Assembly (NCBI RefSeq): GCF_004010195.1
Contig: NC_057757.1
Span: forward strand, 6,237,914-6,273,809
Length of the DNA stretch: 35,896 nucleotides
Source: Chiloscyllium plagiosum
Lineage: Eukaryota
Direction: 5' to 3'
Position 1 is the stretch's first letter. Each line of letters begins with the position of its first letter. A program made the position numbers and the translations under genes. Below, piece by piece: positions 1 to 12,344 of this stretch. The notes below the pieces were generated by a model. The model was given only the letters and a program-made list of their open reading frames with translations, did not search any database and was not told the DNA's origin.

Positions 1-1244
1 CTCCAATTCCTGCCATTTCTCTCTCACCGCCACCCCCAAACCAGCCTATTCCCCCTACCTCCCGGACCTGCCAGTTCCTCCCATCCAGCACCCAGCCTTG
101 ACAATTTCCGTCATCACATCCTGTGGTTCTCTTTCTGCACATCGCCCATAGCTTCTATATGTCCTGCCAACTCCTCCTCAGGCCCTCCCAACTTCATGAC
201 TTGATCCCACACTCCATGCGGTTGCCTCCGAATGCATTCTCCCTGGTGTTGGGGTCATGGAATGTGAAGCTAGTCCCTGTCATTCCTCCTGTCTGCTTGT
301 GTGTGATGATCTCTGTTTTTGTGAGGGATTTACTTTCCCTCGGTGATCTGTTGCCACACAGATCAAGCTCCCAAGTGAGTTGATCCTGGGCTTCCTTTGC
401 ACAATCCTTCTAGCTGCACTGGGTGATGTGGAAGGGAAAGAATAGGAGATTGTGGCATCTTAGTGTAGCTACTGTAGCCAATAACCAGAGAGAGTTGAGG
501 TCAGAACCTGCAACTCATTCAGGAAAAACTCTGCCGAATTTACTCCCACACTCCCGAAGGAAATGAGCTATACTTTTTTTGAACGGGCATGAGTCACCCG
601 AGGCAAGGTTCAAGTTTCCTCCTGATTTTTTATTTGTTGGTTGATGTCGAGAGTCGCTTCCCCAAAGTCATGGAAAGAAACCATTTGGCTGGTGCAAGCT
701 GTCTGCCGCAAAGCATTTTGCATCTCTCTAGCGCCTCCCAAAACACACTGTACCCAACTGAATGTCACTTGTGGTGTGGAAGGTGTGTCTGCCAGTTTGC
801 AGGATCTTCGCAAATAGCATTGTGACAATGAACAGATGACATTTCATTGCGAATGCAGGCGGGATGGTTTATGTTAGCTCGGGAAGCCAGAAGGTCTTAA
901 AAACGCCTCTGCTTTTCCTCAAAGTATTACCCTGGTTTAACACACCCTCCCTTGCCCCTTCCCCTCAAACAATTTTATTTTCAAAATGTTTCCTTAGTTT
1001 TTAAAACTCAGTCTGGAGTTTCTATCCTGGCAATGTTTGTGGTCAGGCATTCAGAATCCTTCTGTCTTAAAAGATTGCCCTGAATTCTGTTTGTGTTCTC
1101 AATAGTTTTCAGTCAATTACTTACTGTCGCCATCTGGCGAGCTGTGGAATAGTTTTGAGGTGACGAATTAATTGCCTCACGGTTGGTTAGTTGATCTGCC
1201 CTTCCATGTGTTGATTGTTCTGCTTGTCGATCTGTCACAATCCT

Positions 1245-1530
1245 GAGCTGACTCAGCGGTCATCCTCTGACTCAGGAAGCAGAGAACATAATCCAGGCTG
1301 ATACACCCAGTGCCAGCCCTGGGGTGAGGTGCTGCAGTGTCTGAGGTGCTACCTTTTGCCAGTCTGTTCAGTCAGATGGCACAGACGATACTGCAAAGAA
1401 GAGTGAGTCCTCTGCCGCCATCATCACCACCACCACCGTCCATGTCTTGGCACCAATGCTTATGCCTCAGCCAGACATCACGAAAACACATCACTGGTTT
1501 ATATTTTTTTTGTGGAACTTTACTGTGAAT
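1245..1530 (+). mobile_element. Ancient DeuSINE-like (SacSINE1/AmnSINE-related) remnant
   Basis: ataatccaggctgatacacccagtgc...gtgctgcagtgtctgaggtgctaccttt...gaagagtgag...atgcctcagccagacatcac resembles the Deu-domain consensus as recalled; degenerate. Confidence 0.5.
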
Positions 1531-1541
1531 GAATTAGTGGA

Positions 1542-2012
1542 GTCATAGAGATGTACAGCATGGAAATAGACCCTTCATCCAGCCCATCGATGCTGATCAG
1601 ATATCCTAAATTAATCTAGTCCCATTTGCCAGCATTTGGCCCATATCCCTCTCAAACCTTCCTATTCATGTACGCATCCAGATGCCTTCGAAATGTAATT
1701 CTATCAGCCTCCACCACTTCCTGTGGCAGAACCTCATTCCATGCACGCACCACCCTCTGTGTGAAAAAGTTGCCCCTCAAGTTTCTTTTAAATCTTTCCT
1801 TTCTTCCCCTAAACCTACACCCTCTAGTTTTGGACTCGCCTACCCTGGGAAAAAGACCTTGTCTATTCACCCTATCCATGCCTGTTATTATTTTATAAAT
1901 ATCTGAAAGATCACCCCTCAACTTCTGATGCTCCAGGAAAAACAGCCCCAGCCTATTCAGCCTCTCCAGCCAGTCCCTTTCGCTCAAACCCTCCAGCATC
2001 CTTGTAAATCTT
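1542..2012 (-). mobile_element. CR1/HER1-like LINE 3' fragment
   Basis: ORF 1652..2164(-) contains ERLNRLGLF.LE..KLRGDL..IYKI...KTRG...FFTQRVVRAWN, the CR1 ORF2 C-terminus, followed by a 3' tail ending tctatgac. Confidence 0.92.
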
Positions 2013-2728
2013 GGCTGTGCTTCTGACATTCTGAGGGGGTGGGAGTGTGTGGTGAGCAGCCAGTACTGGAGGGGGTCTGCACAGAAAGGGAGAGAGGGTG
2101 CCCCCGATGGCAGTGGACAGTTTGATTTCAGCTGTGATGCTGCTGGTGTAGAACAGCTTGCCACCAGTCACCATTCATGCTTGTGTTTTGAAATGAAATG
2201 GAACTGATTCCAAATTCCCATGGAGTGGGACTGGGGAAAAGGAATTAGCCCACTCCCACTCTCCTAAGCCTCCTTTCTTGAAGTGTCCTCCTTGGCTCCT
2301 TTCCCTTTCCTACTGTCTGGGTCTTTTTGTGCAACCATTGACTGGTGTGGTACCGTGCTTGGTTTTCATTCTTTTTGCTGTAGCAGAGCTCCAACTGTTA
2401 TCTTCTCGTTGAGCTGGTTATAGGCCAGGCAATTGTTTCAGGCGAAACTGGCTCTATCGCTGTAATGCAGACGGAAAGCGTTTTCTAAAAAGAAAATAGA
2501 CCTCCACCAATACGCTTGCTCGTGCAAAAGTCAAGGTGCACTTTTTTTTTGGAGAATTGATAAAATGGCATCATGTTCCCAAGGAAGTTGTTGCAGGGAG
2601 AGGCACTTTCTTTTCCCTGAAGGCCTTATTGTCGTGCAGGGCTGGCCCCTGTGTGCATTGTTTGTGGACCTCCTGTAATTGTGCTGTGCCACAAGACTGT
2701 GTGGTGGCTACTCACGGCTCCTTTTCAG

Positions 2729-2839
2729 CTTCAGAGACCGAGAGAGTGCAAGCTGGGGAGAGCCAGGAGTCGGGAGCTATCATCCTCCTGGAGTGTCTTT
2801 TGGGAACTGCCTCGGGGATTAATATCCCAAACTAAGCAG
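2729..2839 (+). other. Second candidate non-coding 5' exon
   Basis: Branch-point-like ctactcac followed by ggctccttttcag acceptor; CAG|gtgcgt donor. Supported by splice signals only. Confidence 0.3.
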
Positions 2840-3362
2840 GTGCGTTGCAGTGCTTCTGTCTGGTGCTGGATGGCCCATGCTGGGTTTGCTTACCGTCTTT
2901 TATCTGCCCCCGATCCTCCTTTCTTGTCTGTGTGGCCGGTGTTCTGCCTTCCCTTGCCAGTACTGACTTGTGGCGTTGATTCCTGACCTCCCCTATTGCA
3001 GAATGGTACAACGATTACCATGCAGGAGGAGACCATTCGACTTATTGTGTGCATGTGGAGCTGGGCAAGAGCCCCACGGGTGATCCTACTCCCTCTTGCC
3101 TTTTCCCTGCAGCCCTGCAAAAGGTTCCCTTTCAGCATTATCACCTGTTTTGAAAGTCACGACCCCCGGACGTGCTTCCACCTCACACCTTGTCCATCCT
3201 ACTACCCCCATCGTGCACAGACTCGCACGGGCAGGCACGGTTTAGCCCCTTGTAAAAGCGGATAGATTTCATTCCTCTGACACTCATTGCGACTTCTAAA
3301 GGTCTTAAAGCACCTTGCAGCTGCTGGAGTGCTTTTTCTTTTGATTTGGTGGTGAAGTATCT

Positions 3363-3691
3363 TAGAATCTCTACAGATCATTTGGCCCAACAATTCGACA
3401 CAGACTCTCGGAAGAGTAACCCACCCAGACCCATTCCCCTACCCTATTACCCCTGACTAATGCACCTAACCTACACATCCCAGACCACTGTGAGCACTGT
3501 AGCATGGCCAATCCACCCTAACCTGCACATCTTTTGGACTGTGGGAGGAAACCAGAGCACCCGGAGGAAACCCACGCAGACACTAGGGAGAATGTGCAAA
3601 CTCCACACAGACAGTCCCCTGAGGCTGGAATTGAACCCACGTCCCTGGCGCTGTGAGGCAGCAGTGCTGACCACTGAGCCACCGTGCCGCC
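3363..3691 (-). mobile_element. HE1-type V-SINE
   Basis: Minus strand begins ggcggcacggtggctcagtggtcagcactgctgcctcacagcgccaggg (tRNA-like A/B boxes), followed by the V-domain gtggagtttgcacattctccc...gggtttcctccggg and a CR1-like tail. Confidence 0.9.
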
Positions 3692-3789
3692 AGTAGTCGC
3701 TGCTGGGAAGAGTGGCAGCCTAACTGTGATGCACAACAAGTTCTTTAGCAGCTCTGTCACCATGACCGGGCCGTCGGTTTCTGAGAGGT

Positions 3790-3990
3790 TGGTTTAGGGG
3801 ACACCGGAATGAATTCCCCTCACCCCACCACTCTTGTTTGTAAAACCAATCATGGGATCTTTAGTACCCACTGGTGATTTAAAGTTTGACATGAAATTTG
3901 GCACCAGACGCTCTTACTGGATTATGTGCTTGAGTCTCTAGTGCCAGTCTCCTGGCTTAGGATGGGACCCTGGGCTAGGGCACAGTGATG
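3790..3990 (-). mobile_element. Degenerate DeuSINE-like remnant
   Basis: catgggatcttt...ggattatgtgcttgagtctc resembles the reverse complement of the Deu-domain/head. Confidence 0.35.
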
Positions 3991-4769
3991 TAGCTCAGCA
4001 GTATGTCCCTTGATCTCACTGGAGTGACTGGATGTAAATTTGACTTGTTTGGTTTAAATAAAAAGGTTGTCGTCACCTGGAACAAAATTGCAAATGCAAC
4101 CTGTTTGTCGGAAAACTGTGTTCCAGATCCTGGAGCTCTGAGGTGCCAGTTCGCTGCTGCCTCTCTATCGATACGAAGGGTTCAGAGCAGAGTTGTGTAA
4201 AGTTGCGTGTCAGATTGACCTGCTCCTGAGTCCTGAGTATGTAACTCAGGCCGACGCTCCCGCTGGCGTTGCTGATTGCACTGTCACTGACACAATAAGC
4301 CAGGATGTTGCCTGTCCCACTGGGAGGATGTAAGCAAGCCCACAGTCACTATTTTGAAGCAGGGCAGCTTATGGAGGAAAGCAGACTGGTCGTTAGCATG
4401 TTGCCCTTCGTGGGAGCTTGTGTGCAATTCCTGCATCACGTCGGAAGCCACACACCAAAATGTAGTGAGTTGATTGACATTGGGACACCTGTGGTTGAGA
4501 TAAGTGCTAGGAAAATGAAGATTGTATCGTCTGTTGGTCTCATTCTCTCTGTCTTCCTGTTTCCCCTTTTTCCCCATTCTTCTTTATTTCTTCACCTTTA
4601 CTTGTCTGTTCTCCTTACACCCCAACTTGTTTAGAATGCGGAATGTCTGCCAGCAGTCTCCATGTGAGGGTTTAGCTTGCGAAACCCTAAGTGGTTTATA
4701 GGGAGCAGCAGCTAACATTTTCTTACTGGAAATATCACTTCTTTGTCTGTCTATGGGTTGTAGGTGTTG

Positions 4770-5920
4770 TAAATGTCCCATTACGAAAGTGATGAGCTGC
4801 TGCCTCTGAACTGTTGCAATCCCGTGTAGCGTAGAGTCAAAGTGCTGTTAGGGAGTTCCTGGACTTTGCCTCAGTGACACTGAAGGAACAGCAATAGTGA
4901 ATGGGAAACACGCAGATGGTGATGATCTCTAATGCCCTTGTCCTTCTAGATGATGGTGGTCAAGGGATTTGAAGGTGCTGTTAGCAAAGTCTTAATGAAT
5001 TGGTGCAGTGCATGTTGTATGCACTGCAAGCACTTCCTCTGGATGGTAAATGGAGTTTTAAGCTGATGAACGAGATGCTGATTCAGCGGGCTGCTTCACC
5101 CTGGATGGCGTTGAGGTTGTTTTTGAGTTTTGTTGGAGCTGTATCCATCCATGCAAGTGGCTGTTTCGGTTACACTCCTGACTTGTGCCTTGTCGATGGT
5201 GGAGAGGTTTTGCAGGGTCAGGAGATGAACTACTGCTGGAGAATCTCCAGCTTCTGACCTGCCTTTGTAGCACAGTATCTACATGGCAAGTCCAGTCCAG
5301 TTTTGGGTCAATGATAACCCCAGGATGTTGACAGTGAGAGATTTGGTGATGGTAATGCCAATGAACATCAAAAAGAGTTGGCTAGATTCTTTGTTGAAAA
5401 GGGCACTTATCATAGAATCCTTACAGTGTAGAAGCAGGCCATTCTGCCCATCAAGCCCACACTGACCCTTTGAAAGGCATCCCACCCAGACCCACTCCCC
5501 CTACCCTATCTTTTTAATCCTGCATTGCCTATGGCTAACCCACCTAGCCTGCACATCCCTAAACAGTGTGAGGCAATTTCTCATGGCCAATTCACCCTGA
5601 CCTGCCCATCTTTGGACTGTGGGAGGGAACCGGAGCACTCGGGGAAACCCACGCAGACACTGGGAGAATGTGCAAACTCCACACAGACAGTAGCCTGAGG
5701 CTGGAATTGAACTCTAATCCCTAGTGCTGTGAGGCCACATTAGCCACTGTGCCACCCCAGTATAGAATGAATATTACTTATCTGTTGTCACCCCAGACCT
5801 GAATATTGTCCAGGTATTGCTGCATGCAGTTCTGGTCTGCTTCAGCATCTGAGGAGCTGTACATAGCGCTGAACGTTGTCCAATCATCAACAAACTGTGT
5901 TTCTGACCTTGCGATTCAGG
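4770..5920 (-). mobile_element. Old LINE fragment, interrupted by the HE1 SINE at 5408-5757
   Basis: gtgctgttagggagttcctggacttt, gataaccccaggatgttgacagt and gaatattgtccaggtattgctgcatgc belong to the same LINE family seen at 21120-21400(+) and 33760-34370(-). Confidence 0.6.
5408..5757 (-). mobile_element. HE1-type V-SINE
   Basis: Same head, V-domain and tail as 3363-3691. Confidence 0.9.
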
Positions 5921-6725
5921 GTAGGTCATAGAGTACCGTGAGTGTACAGGCAACAGCCTGTATCCTTGGCCTCTGTAGCTGCAGTTGCTGCATCTGTAAC
6001 TGTCTGCGTCTGCACCTGTAACTGCAATTGCTGCAGGCATTTCTTGCTTTCTGGTGACCTGTCCCCACGTTCAGGCCGTAACTGTATTTATAGATACCAT
6101 CAACCCCTGCTGCAGGAGGTGCCTGGGGTCCTGCAATAAAATGAGAATGAAAACTGGGAAAATGAGAGAAAGGGAAGTGGGAAGTTTGCAGAAAACGAGA
6201 GCTTGCCTTCAATTAGAGCGAGCCCGTGAGACGTTGAATCATTAATCACAAGTTATTGGACGGATTCCAGTGCTGTACTCCCTGCCACAGTGACGGCTGT
6301 GTTTACGTAATGAGTGACTCTGCTCCAGACTGCCTCTGGTCTTGGGATCTTGCTCACTGGGAAGAGTGGGGAGCTGAAGCATTCTTCGCTGCTGAGGCTC
6401 TGCGTGAATGCTATTAAAAAGGCAGAGCTCTCCCACCTTGAGGGTGAATTAGGGGCAGGAACCCTGTGAAGAAATTTAGGAGAACACCCAAACCAGAGAG
6501 TGGGAGCAACATGCACTTGCACATCTAAATCTATTCCTGTCTTGAAGTCTGTGCATCGTTCTCCTCACCTACCTTGTGTTACCTCCCCCTCCACAGATTT
6601 GACCTGTCTCCAGCTTTCTCCCTCACCCCCACCACACTCCTTGAGGTCCGTTTTTCCATAGTCCTCAAACATCAGTGTTTATGGCTATATAATACGCTTT
6701 TTAATTCCAAAAATATACTTTCGTC

Positions 6726-6859
6726 GTTAAAAGGCACCTGGATGGGTATGTGAGTAGGAAGGGTTTGGAGGGATATGGGCCGGGTGCTGGCAGGGTGGGA
6801 CTAGATTGGGTTGGGATATCTGGTCGGGTTGGACCATGCTGTACATCTCTATGATTCTA
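6726..6859 (+). mobile_element. CR1/HER1-like 3' tail fragment
   Basis: Reverse complement of the tail at 1542-1690 (ggagggatatgggcc...tgggactagatt...catgctgtacatctctatga). Confidence 0.85.
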
Positions 6860-8363
6860 AATTTGGAAAAGTACATTCCAAAATATTTTAAAGTGCAGAA
6901 CATGCAATAAAATTGAGATTTGCTCCCGAGAGCATCTTGTGCTTTGAGGTCCCTCAATACAGTTGAGATTTACTCTTTGCATTCCATGTCAGACATTAAC
7001 CCTGCCAAGGTGCTCTGTGCTTGCAAGACCGAAGACTGTGAGACCATTTCCCCCTTTGCACTCTGCGGAAGCTGCCCAAAGCTTTAGTGCCTGCCTCCGT
7101 GCCTACCTTTCCGCCTCACACGTCCAACTCCCTCGAACCTCTGGAATCCATGTCAGTTCAGTAATGGTCTACGCAGAAGAGGGTGGCGTCTGCCACGTGA
7201 CCTCTGCCTCTCTCAGATGTTTGGGTGATGTCTGCTCCTGATGGTCAGTGTCTTGGCGTAACGAGGGAAATCTGGTTTCAAACAGGTTTGATGTTCCTGC
7301 ATCCATTTCAATTCCCTGAGTGTGTGTGGCATGTGAAGGGATTCCTCTTCCTGTAACACTCTCCCCCAGGCATCCCCAAAATGGGGGCAAAAGTTTTCTG
7401 AGTGCGGCAGCCGTAACACGCTGTCAAGGGCAGCACCCTGCACTGGGGGACCACACCGAAAGCGATGCTCCTAAGTAAGCTGTTAAAGCCCCCTGCTTCC
7501 CCCTCCCACTGCCATGAAATAAACTGCTCAGGCTCCAACCCACAAAGGCTGAATCCTTCCTCAGCTCAGCTACTTATTTGGCAAAGTCAGTGATGGGTGT
7601 GGGATCAGGGCTTGATGGCCTGGCAGAGGAGGAGTGTGGGGACATGAGCAGGAGCCGTTAGCGACAAAGGAATAGGCTGATGTTTCATTAGTTCCCTTGA
7701 AAGTTCCCTCTACTTAACATCAGACCATGCAGTCTGGACCACTGCGTTCCCTGCCTTGGGCCTGCCGCCGTATCAAGCTTCTCGTCCCTCAAACTTTCAG
7801 TCACCGGCTGTGCTTTCTCCTGGCCCCATGAGGTCTAATGTGGTCGAACAGCTCGTTACCTGGTTGAGTCCATTGGCTGTGACAAGCTGCCCTTAGGGGG
7901 AGGTATTTGTGGCTGGGCATTGGTTTGGAGCTGTGAAGGGAGAAACGTCGCTGTTTGATGTGTAAGTGCCAGGGAGTGAGTAAGGGTGATGGGAATTCAC
8001 AGGCTGGCTCCTACTGACTTGCAGCTACACAAATAACAGCTGAGATCTGACACAACCATGTTCTATTAATAGCCAGTGGGCTGTATCTCTCAGCTGTGTG
8101 CCAATTCTGATGATTAGGCAAGTTAGCTAAGAGAACCTTTTATGGTCAACTTTATGCAGTGGGCGAAATGGCTGCCTTTTGTTCACAAAATGGCTGGCCT
8201 GATGCTGGGACCCACCTGCAGTCTGGCTAAGCCAGTGAAGGGAGATTCCCCTGCACTTGCTGACTGAGCACAGGGGGCTAAGAGGTGGGCAATGTGTTGT
8301 CTTTGGGGACCAGTGGAGCATACTAACATTAATTGCCTCTCTCTCTCTGTCCACTCTTTCCAG

Positions 8364-8448
8364 GCAATCCTTCGTTCGAGCCCTCAAGAAAGGGTCTGGG
8401 ACGTGCAGTGGCAGCATTTCAGCTGACATAGAGACTGGAACAGAGGGG
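8364..8448 (+). other. Candidate non-coding 5' UTR exon of the ATPase gene
   Basis: Strong acceptor (ctctctctgtccactctttccag) and strong donor (GGG|gtgagt), with no ATG. The first coding exon has an acceptor, so at least one upstream exon must exist. Confidence 0.5.
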
Positions 8449-8741
8449 GTGAGTGTTTGATCGAGGAGACGTGGGCGTGAAGGGGGTGGCAGTTGACTGT
8501 GCCCACCAGAGGATGGGTTAGTTTGGGAAAGGGGGATATATTTTTGCCTCCTGTATCCATTCCATGCCTGTTTCCTTGCTGTACACTCTCAGTGCAGGAT
8601 CTCGGTTGGCACAGTAACAGGGATATAATAACTCGGGAAGCCTGACTGAAAATTGTTAAACACCAAAATAGAGCCACTACTCATGGCACACGCAGGCTAG
8701 TCTCAGCCTGTGGCGGACAGGCTCTACTATTGTTTTATATT

Positions 8742-9548
8742 TTCTAATAATTCAGTTTAAAGATGTTGACATACCTCTGGAGCAAATGACACTTGAACCT
8801 GGACTTCCTGGTTCAGAGTTAGGGATGCTGCTCCTGCACCACAATGTCCCTTTTCATAAACTCTCTTTCCATGACCAGGATGGGCAAAATGCTGACCGTT
8901 AGATCTCCAGGGAAACGGCCTGGGTCTGCTTCACAGATTTCTTTCTTCCCCTCCAAACAAGCTGCTTAGATACGTTATGGCAGTCTCTGGAACAGGTGGG
9001 ACTTGATCCCAGTCCTCCCGGGTTTAGTGTAGGGAGACACCCACAACATCGCTCATTCACTCACCCACCAACCTCTCCCTCCTATCCATTCAGAAGTGCT
9101 ATCTCTCACAATTGGTTTTTGCTTTTAACTACTAACCACCACCAGTAAGTCTTCTGGGGATTGACCCTAGGTCTCCTGGAGGCCACTACAACTGCCTTCC
9201 ACACCAAGAGCCTTGGGTCTGCTTTGTTTTTTTCCAACCCCCATGTCTAGAAGTGCTCTGACACACACCTGAATGGTTGTTTCCCTCACTGTGATTTTCC
9301 TTTTGTTTTTACTAGGCCTGGGCTTTACATCACTTCTAATCCACCTGTGCAGCAGTGTCATTGCAAACCTTCAGAGCAGATGCAACCTGAGTCCGGGCCT
9401 TCTGGCTCAGGCTGGGACGCTCCCATTGGAAATCAAGTGGGCTCTACTTTGTCTTTTCTCCAATCCGCAAGTGCGCTCTCCCACAACCACACAGCTTACC
9501 CACCACCAGATCAACGTGACGTATCCAACTAGTAACCACCACCAGTAA
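8742..9548 (-). repeat. Degenerate array of tRNA-like SINE-head units, ~200 bp period
   Basis: Related units at ~8742-8850, ~8955-9050, ~9150-9212 and ~9335-9425, plus a 22-bp direct repeat at 9127-9148 and 9527-9548. Confidence 0.55.
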
Positions 9549-9658
9549 ATCACCCGTGCAGCCACCTAGATATGTATGTCTAAGCCATCAACACTGAGAA
9601 AGGGGTTGGGTCTGTGTTTATAAAGAATTCAGATCCTGCGTCCTTTGTAGGCAGCTAA

Positions 9659-10125
9659 GTGGTACTATTACTAGACCATTGGTCCAGAGACCCTGGTAAT
9701 GTTCTGGCTAAGCCAGGTTCATATCCTGTGGTACCATTACTAGACTATTAATCCCGAGAGGAGAAAGTGAGGACTGCAGATGCTGGAGATCAGAGTCGAG
9801 AATGCGGTGCTGGAAAAGCACAGCAGGTCATGCAGCATCCGAGGAGCAGGAGAATCGACGTTTCGGGCATAAGCTGTTCATCAGGGCTGATGAAGGGAAT
9901 GTGCCCGAAACATCGATTCTCCTGCTCCCTCCGATGCTGCCTGACCTGCTGTGCTTTTCCAGCACCACACTCTCGACTATTAATCCAGAGACCTAGTAAT
10001 GTTCTGGTTGAGCCAAGTTCAAATCCTGCCACAGCAGATAATGGAATTTGAATTCTACAAATATCGGGGAGTCTAATGACAACCACGAATCCTTGGTCAT
10101 TTATCAAGAAAAACCCTTCTGTTTC
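9659..10125 (+). mobile_element. tRNA-derived SINE (second family), 5' part with a tandemly duplicated head, interrupted by a hairpin element
   Basis: gtggtactattactagac...ccagagacc...gtaatgttctgg...ggttc starts at 9659 and again at 9728; homologous to 19226-19551 and 33989-34266. Confidence 0.75.
9760..9978. mobile_element. Palindromic Penelope-like (PLE) terminal-repeat element with hammerhead cores on both strands
   Basis: Inverted arms at ~9794-9884 and 9887-9978; CTGATGA...GCCC GAAAC on each strand; flanking duplication gactattaatcc(c/a)gaga at 9743-9759 and 9975-9991. Confidence 0.82.
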
Positions 10126-10184
10126 TCTCGTTTTTCTCTCTGTCTATTTCAATCCTCTCTCCATGAATGATAGGAAAGCCATTT

Positions 10185-10534
10185 TTAAAAAACATTAATT
10201 CACGGGACATGAACATCACTGCTGGGTCAGATTTTGTTGCCCACCCCTAATTGCCCAGAGGGCACTTAAGAGTCAACTACAGTGCTGTGGGTTTGGAGTC
10301 ACATGTAGACTCAGACCAGGTAAGGCAGGCAGTTTCCTTCCCTTAAGGACATTAGTGAACCAGATGGGTCTTTCCAACAATCGACTTTAGTGAGTCAGAT
10401 GGGTTTTTCTGACAATTGACATCATTAAATTCTTAGTTCCAGATTTTTATTTGATTTGTGTGCCACCATTTGCCATGGCAGGATTTGAACCTGGGTCACT
10501 GGATTAACAGTCCAGCGATAATACCACTAGGCCA
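10185..10534 (-). mobile_element. tRNA-derived SINE (second family)
   Basis: Reverse complement of 19226-19551; head tggcctagtggtattatcgctggactgttaatcc. Confidence 0.85.
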
Positions 10535-11059
10535 CTTTCTGTCTCTGTTGGCTCTGTGAAGGAACTATCCAGTAAAACCCACTCTTTCCCCTGCTCAATT
10601 GCCATATCACTGCAAATGTTTCCCTTCCAAGTACTTTCCCAGATCCCCCTTTGAAAGTTCCTATCAAATTGCTCATTTAGGGCAGCGTGTTTCAGATCTC
10701 AGCAGGCAGCTTTTGTTTTTAATTTCCCTTCTGGTTCTTTTCAGTTCCCAGCAGTCTCTGTGACAAAATATCCCCCTCCCTCAGGTCATTTGGAGGCTCC
10801 ACCTGACTCATTGCCAATTCCCCTTCATAGCAAGGTCAGTGACACACGCTGGGTTATGGTGACATTAAAATGTGGAAACAAACAAGTGCACATGTGTGCG
10901 CCTCTCCCACGGATTTGCACAGACGTGTACTTAATGCCCCTGCCTTCTTCTAAACCACATGCCACCCTTACATGGTTGGAATACAGTTCCTGGTTAGATA
11001 TTCCGTACGAACATCTTCAAGAAACACTTCCACTTCCATTTCTGCCCACATCCCTGTTT

Positions 11060-11385
11060 CCAATCTTTTCGGAATCTTTTCTGTAACCTCTTACATGCCT
11101 TCACATCGAGCAAGTCTTAGTGCAGCGCCCAGAGTTGAAGCCAAACCTGCATTTTGCACCGGTTTATTAACTCCCTGCTCTTGTACTCAATCTCCCTCAT
11201 TAATGCTGTCGATGGCACTTCTTTTATCAACTCCTGCCTCGACCTATCTTGCCACATACTCCGCCAAGTCCCTCTGCTCCTGCACCCTCTTTAGATTTGT
11301 CGGCTTTATTTTATATTGTTTCCGTCCAGTATTCCTACAAAAATGAATCACTCTACACACCTCTACATTGGATTTAACTTAACCA
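11060..11385 (-). mobile_element. Old CR1 LINE fragment
   Basis: ctccctgctcttgtactc...gtccctctgctcctgcacc...aaaatgaatcact resembles the CR1 copies at 26530-26860 and 33010-33190. Confidence 0.5.
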
Positions 11386-11648
11386 TTCAACTTCTTGCTT
11401 TATTCTGGTGTATTGGTGCTGCATCCCCTCCAATAGCACCCAAGGGTGCTGTTTGTTGGTTACACCGCACAGTGGCTGTTCCCTTTGCTGGGATATGGCC
11501 ACTGCATGTGGAGCGGCAGGTTCTTCCTCTCATTGAGATGTCACGAAACTGGCGCCAGTTGCTTCTTTCCTTGCTGCGGGTTGACATGCTGCGTTGTTTC
11601 CACAGGGCTGCAGCGGTGGGGCCGTAGATTGGTGCGACACAGGGACAA

Positions 11649-11699
11649 ATGGAAAGAACGGAGAAGAAATACCTCAACGCGGAGCGTGAGGATGAGATG
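11649..11699 (+). CDS. ATP13A3: P5B-type ATPase (ATP13A3-like) coding exon 1: MERTEKKYLNAEREDEM
   Basis: Resembles the ATP13A3 N-terminus (MDREERKTINQGQEDEM). Acceptor tttccacag ends at 11605, so the exon starts at 11606 with 43 nt of UTR. There is an in-frame upstream TAG at 11625-11627, and the donor is ATG|gtgagt at 11700. Confidence 0.85.
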
Positions 11700-11869
11700 G
11701 TGAGTTAGAGATCCCCCACGTGCTGCGCTTAGAGCAGAAAGAGAGAGAAGGGAAGGTGGCATAACCCGACTAAGGGGTTGTCACCCATTCAAAACATCCA
11801 AATGGGAATTTCATCTCTGCCGGGATGAATCTGTGGCACTCTTGACCGCTATTGGAATAGGGCCAGTCA

Positions 11870-12020
11870 GGATATCCCAAGGCTGTAAGAGATTTTTAAT
11901 CAGTAAGGAATTGTGAGTAAAAGGCAGGAAGGTTGAGTTGAAGATTACCAAATCAGCCATGATCTGGTTGAGAGGCAGAGCAAACCCTGTGGGCTGAATG
12001 GCCTGCTTCCGCACTTGCGG
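11870..12020 (+). mobile_element. CR1 3' tail fragment
   Basis: gatttttaatcagtaaggaat...aaggcaggaag...atcagccatgatct...gggctgaatggcct is a CR1-type tail. Confidence 0.6.
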
Positions 12021-12344
12021 TCTTTGTCCTGGGTGAGGATGGGGCAAAGTTGGCAGCACTGGTCTGTGGACCAGGCAGAGCAGTTGGTAGGTTGCAGTGA
12101 AGGGTCGAGAAGTTGCTGAGGTGAGAGAATGAGGCTGCAGTGGATGGGTAGGGTGTGTGGGCTTGGAGTTGGGTGGGCGATCAATCCCAGATCTCACTTG
12201 GAGAGATTGAGAGAGAATTGGGGGTTGGGGGAATCCGTGAGGTTGGGCCAGAAGCGATTCAAAAAGAAGAGGATGGGAGGAGGTTGGGCAGGTGTTGATG
12301 GGAGGGCGTAGTGAAGGTTTGGGGTGTAAGGAGAGGAGTAATGG

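Noticed and set aside
1..1240. Promoter or first exon of the ATPase gene
   Set aside because: No CpG island or clear core-promoter signal; the transcription start cannot be placed from the sequence alone.
9767..10107. Mirror-image ORFs sharing RECGAGKAQQV on both strands
   Set aside because: Artefact of the DNA palindrome at 9794-9978.
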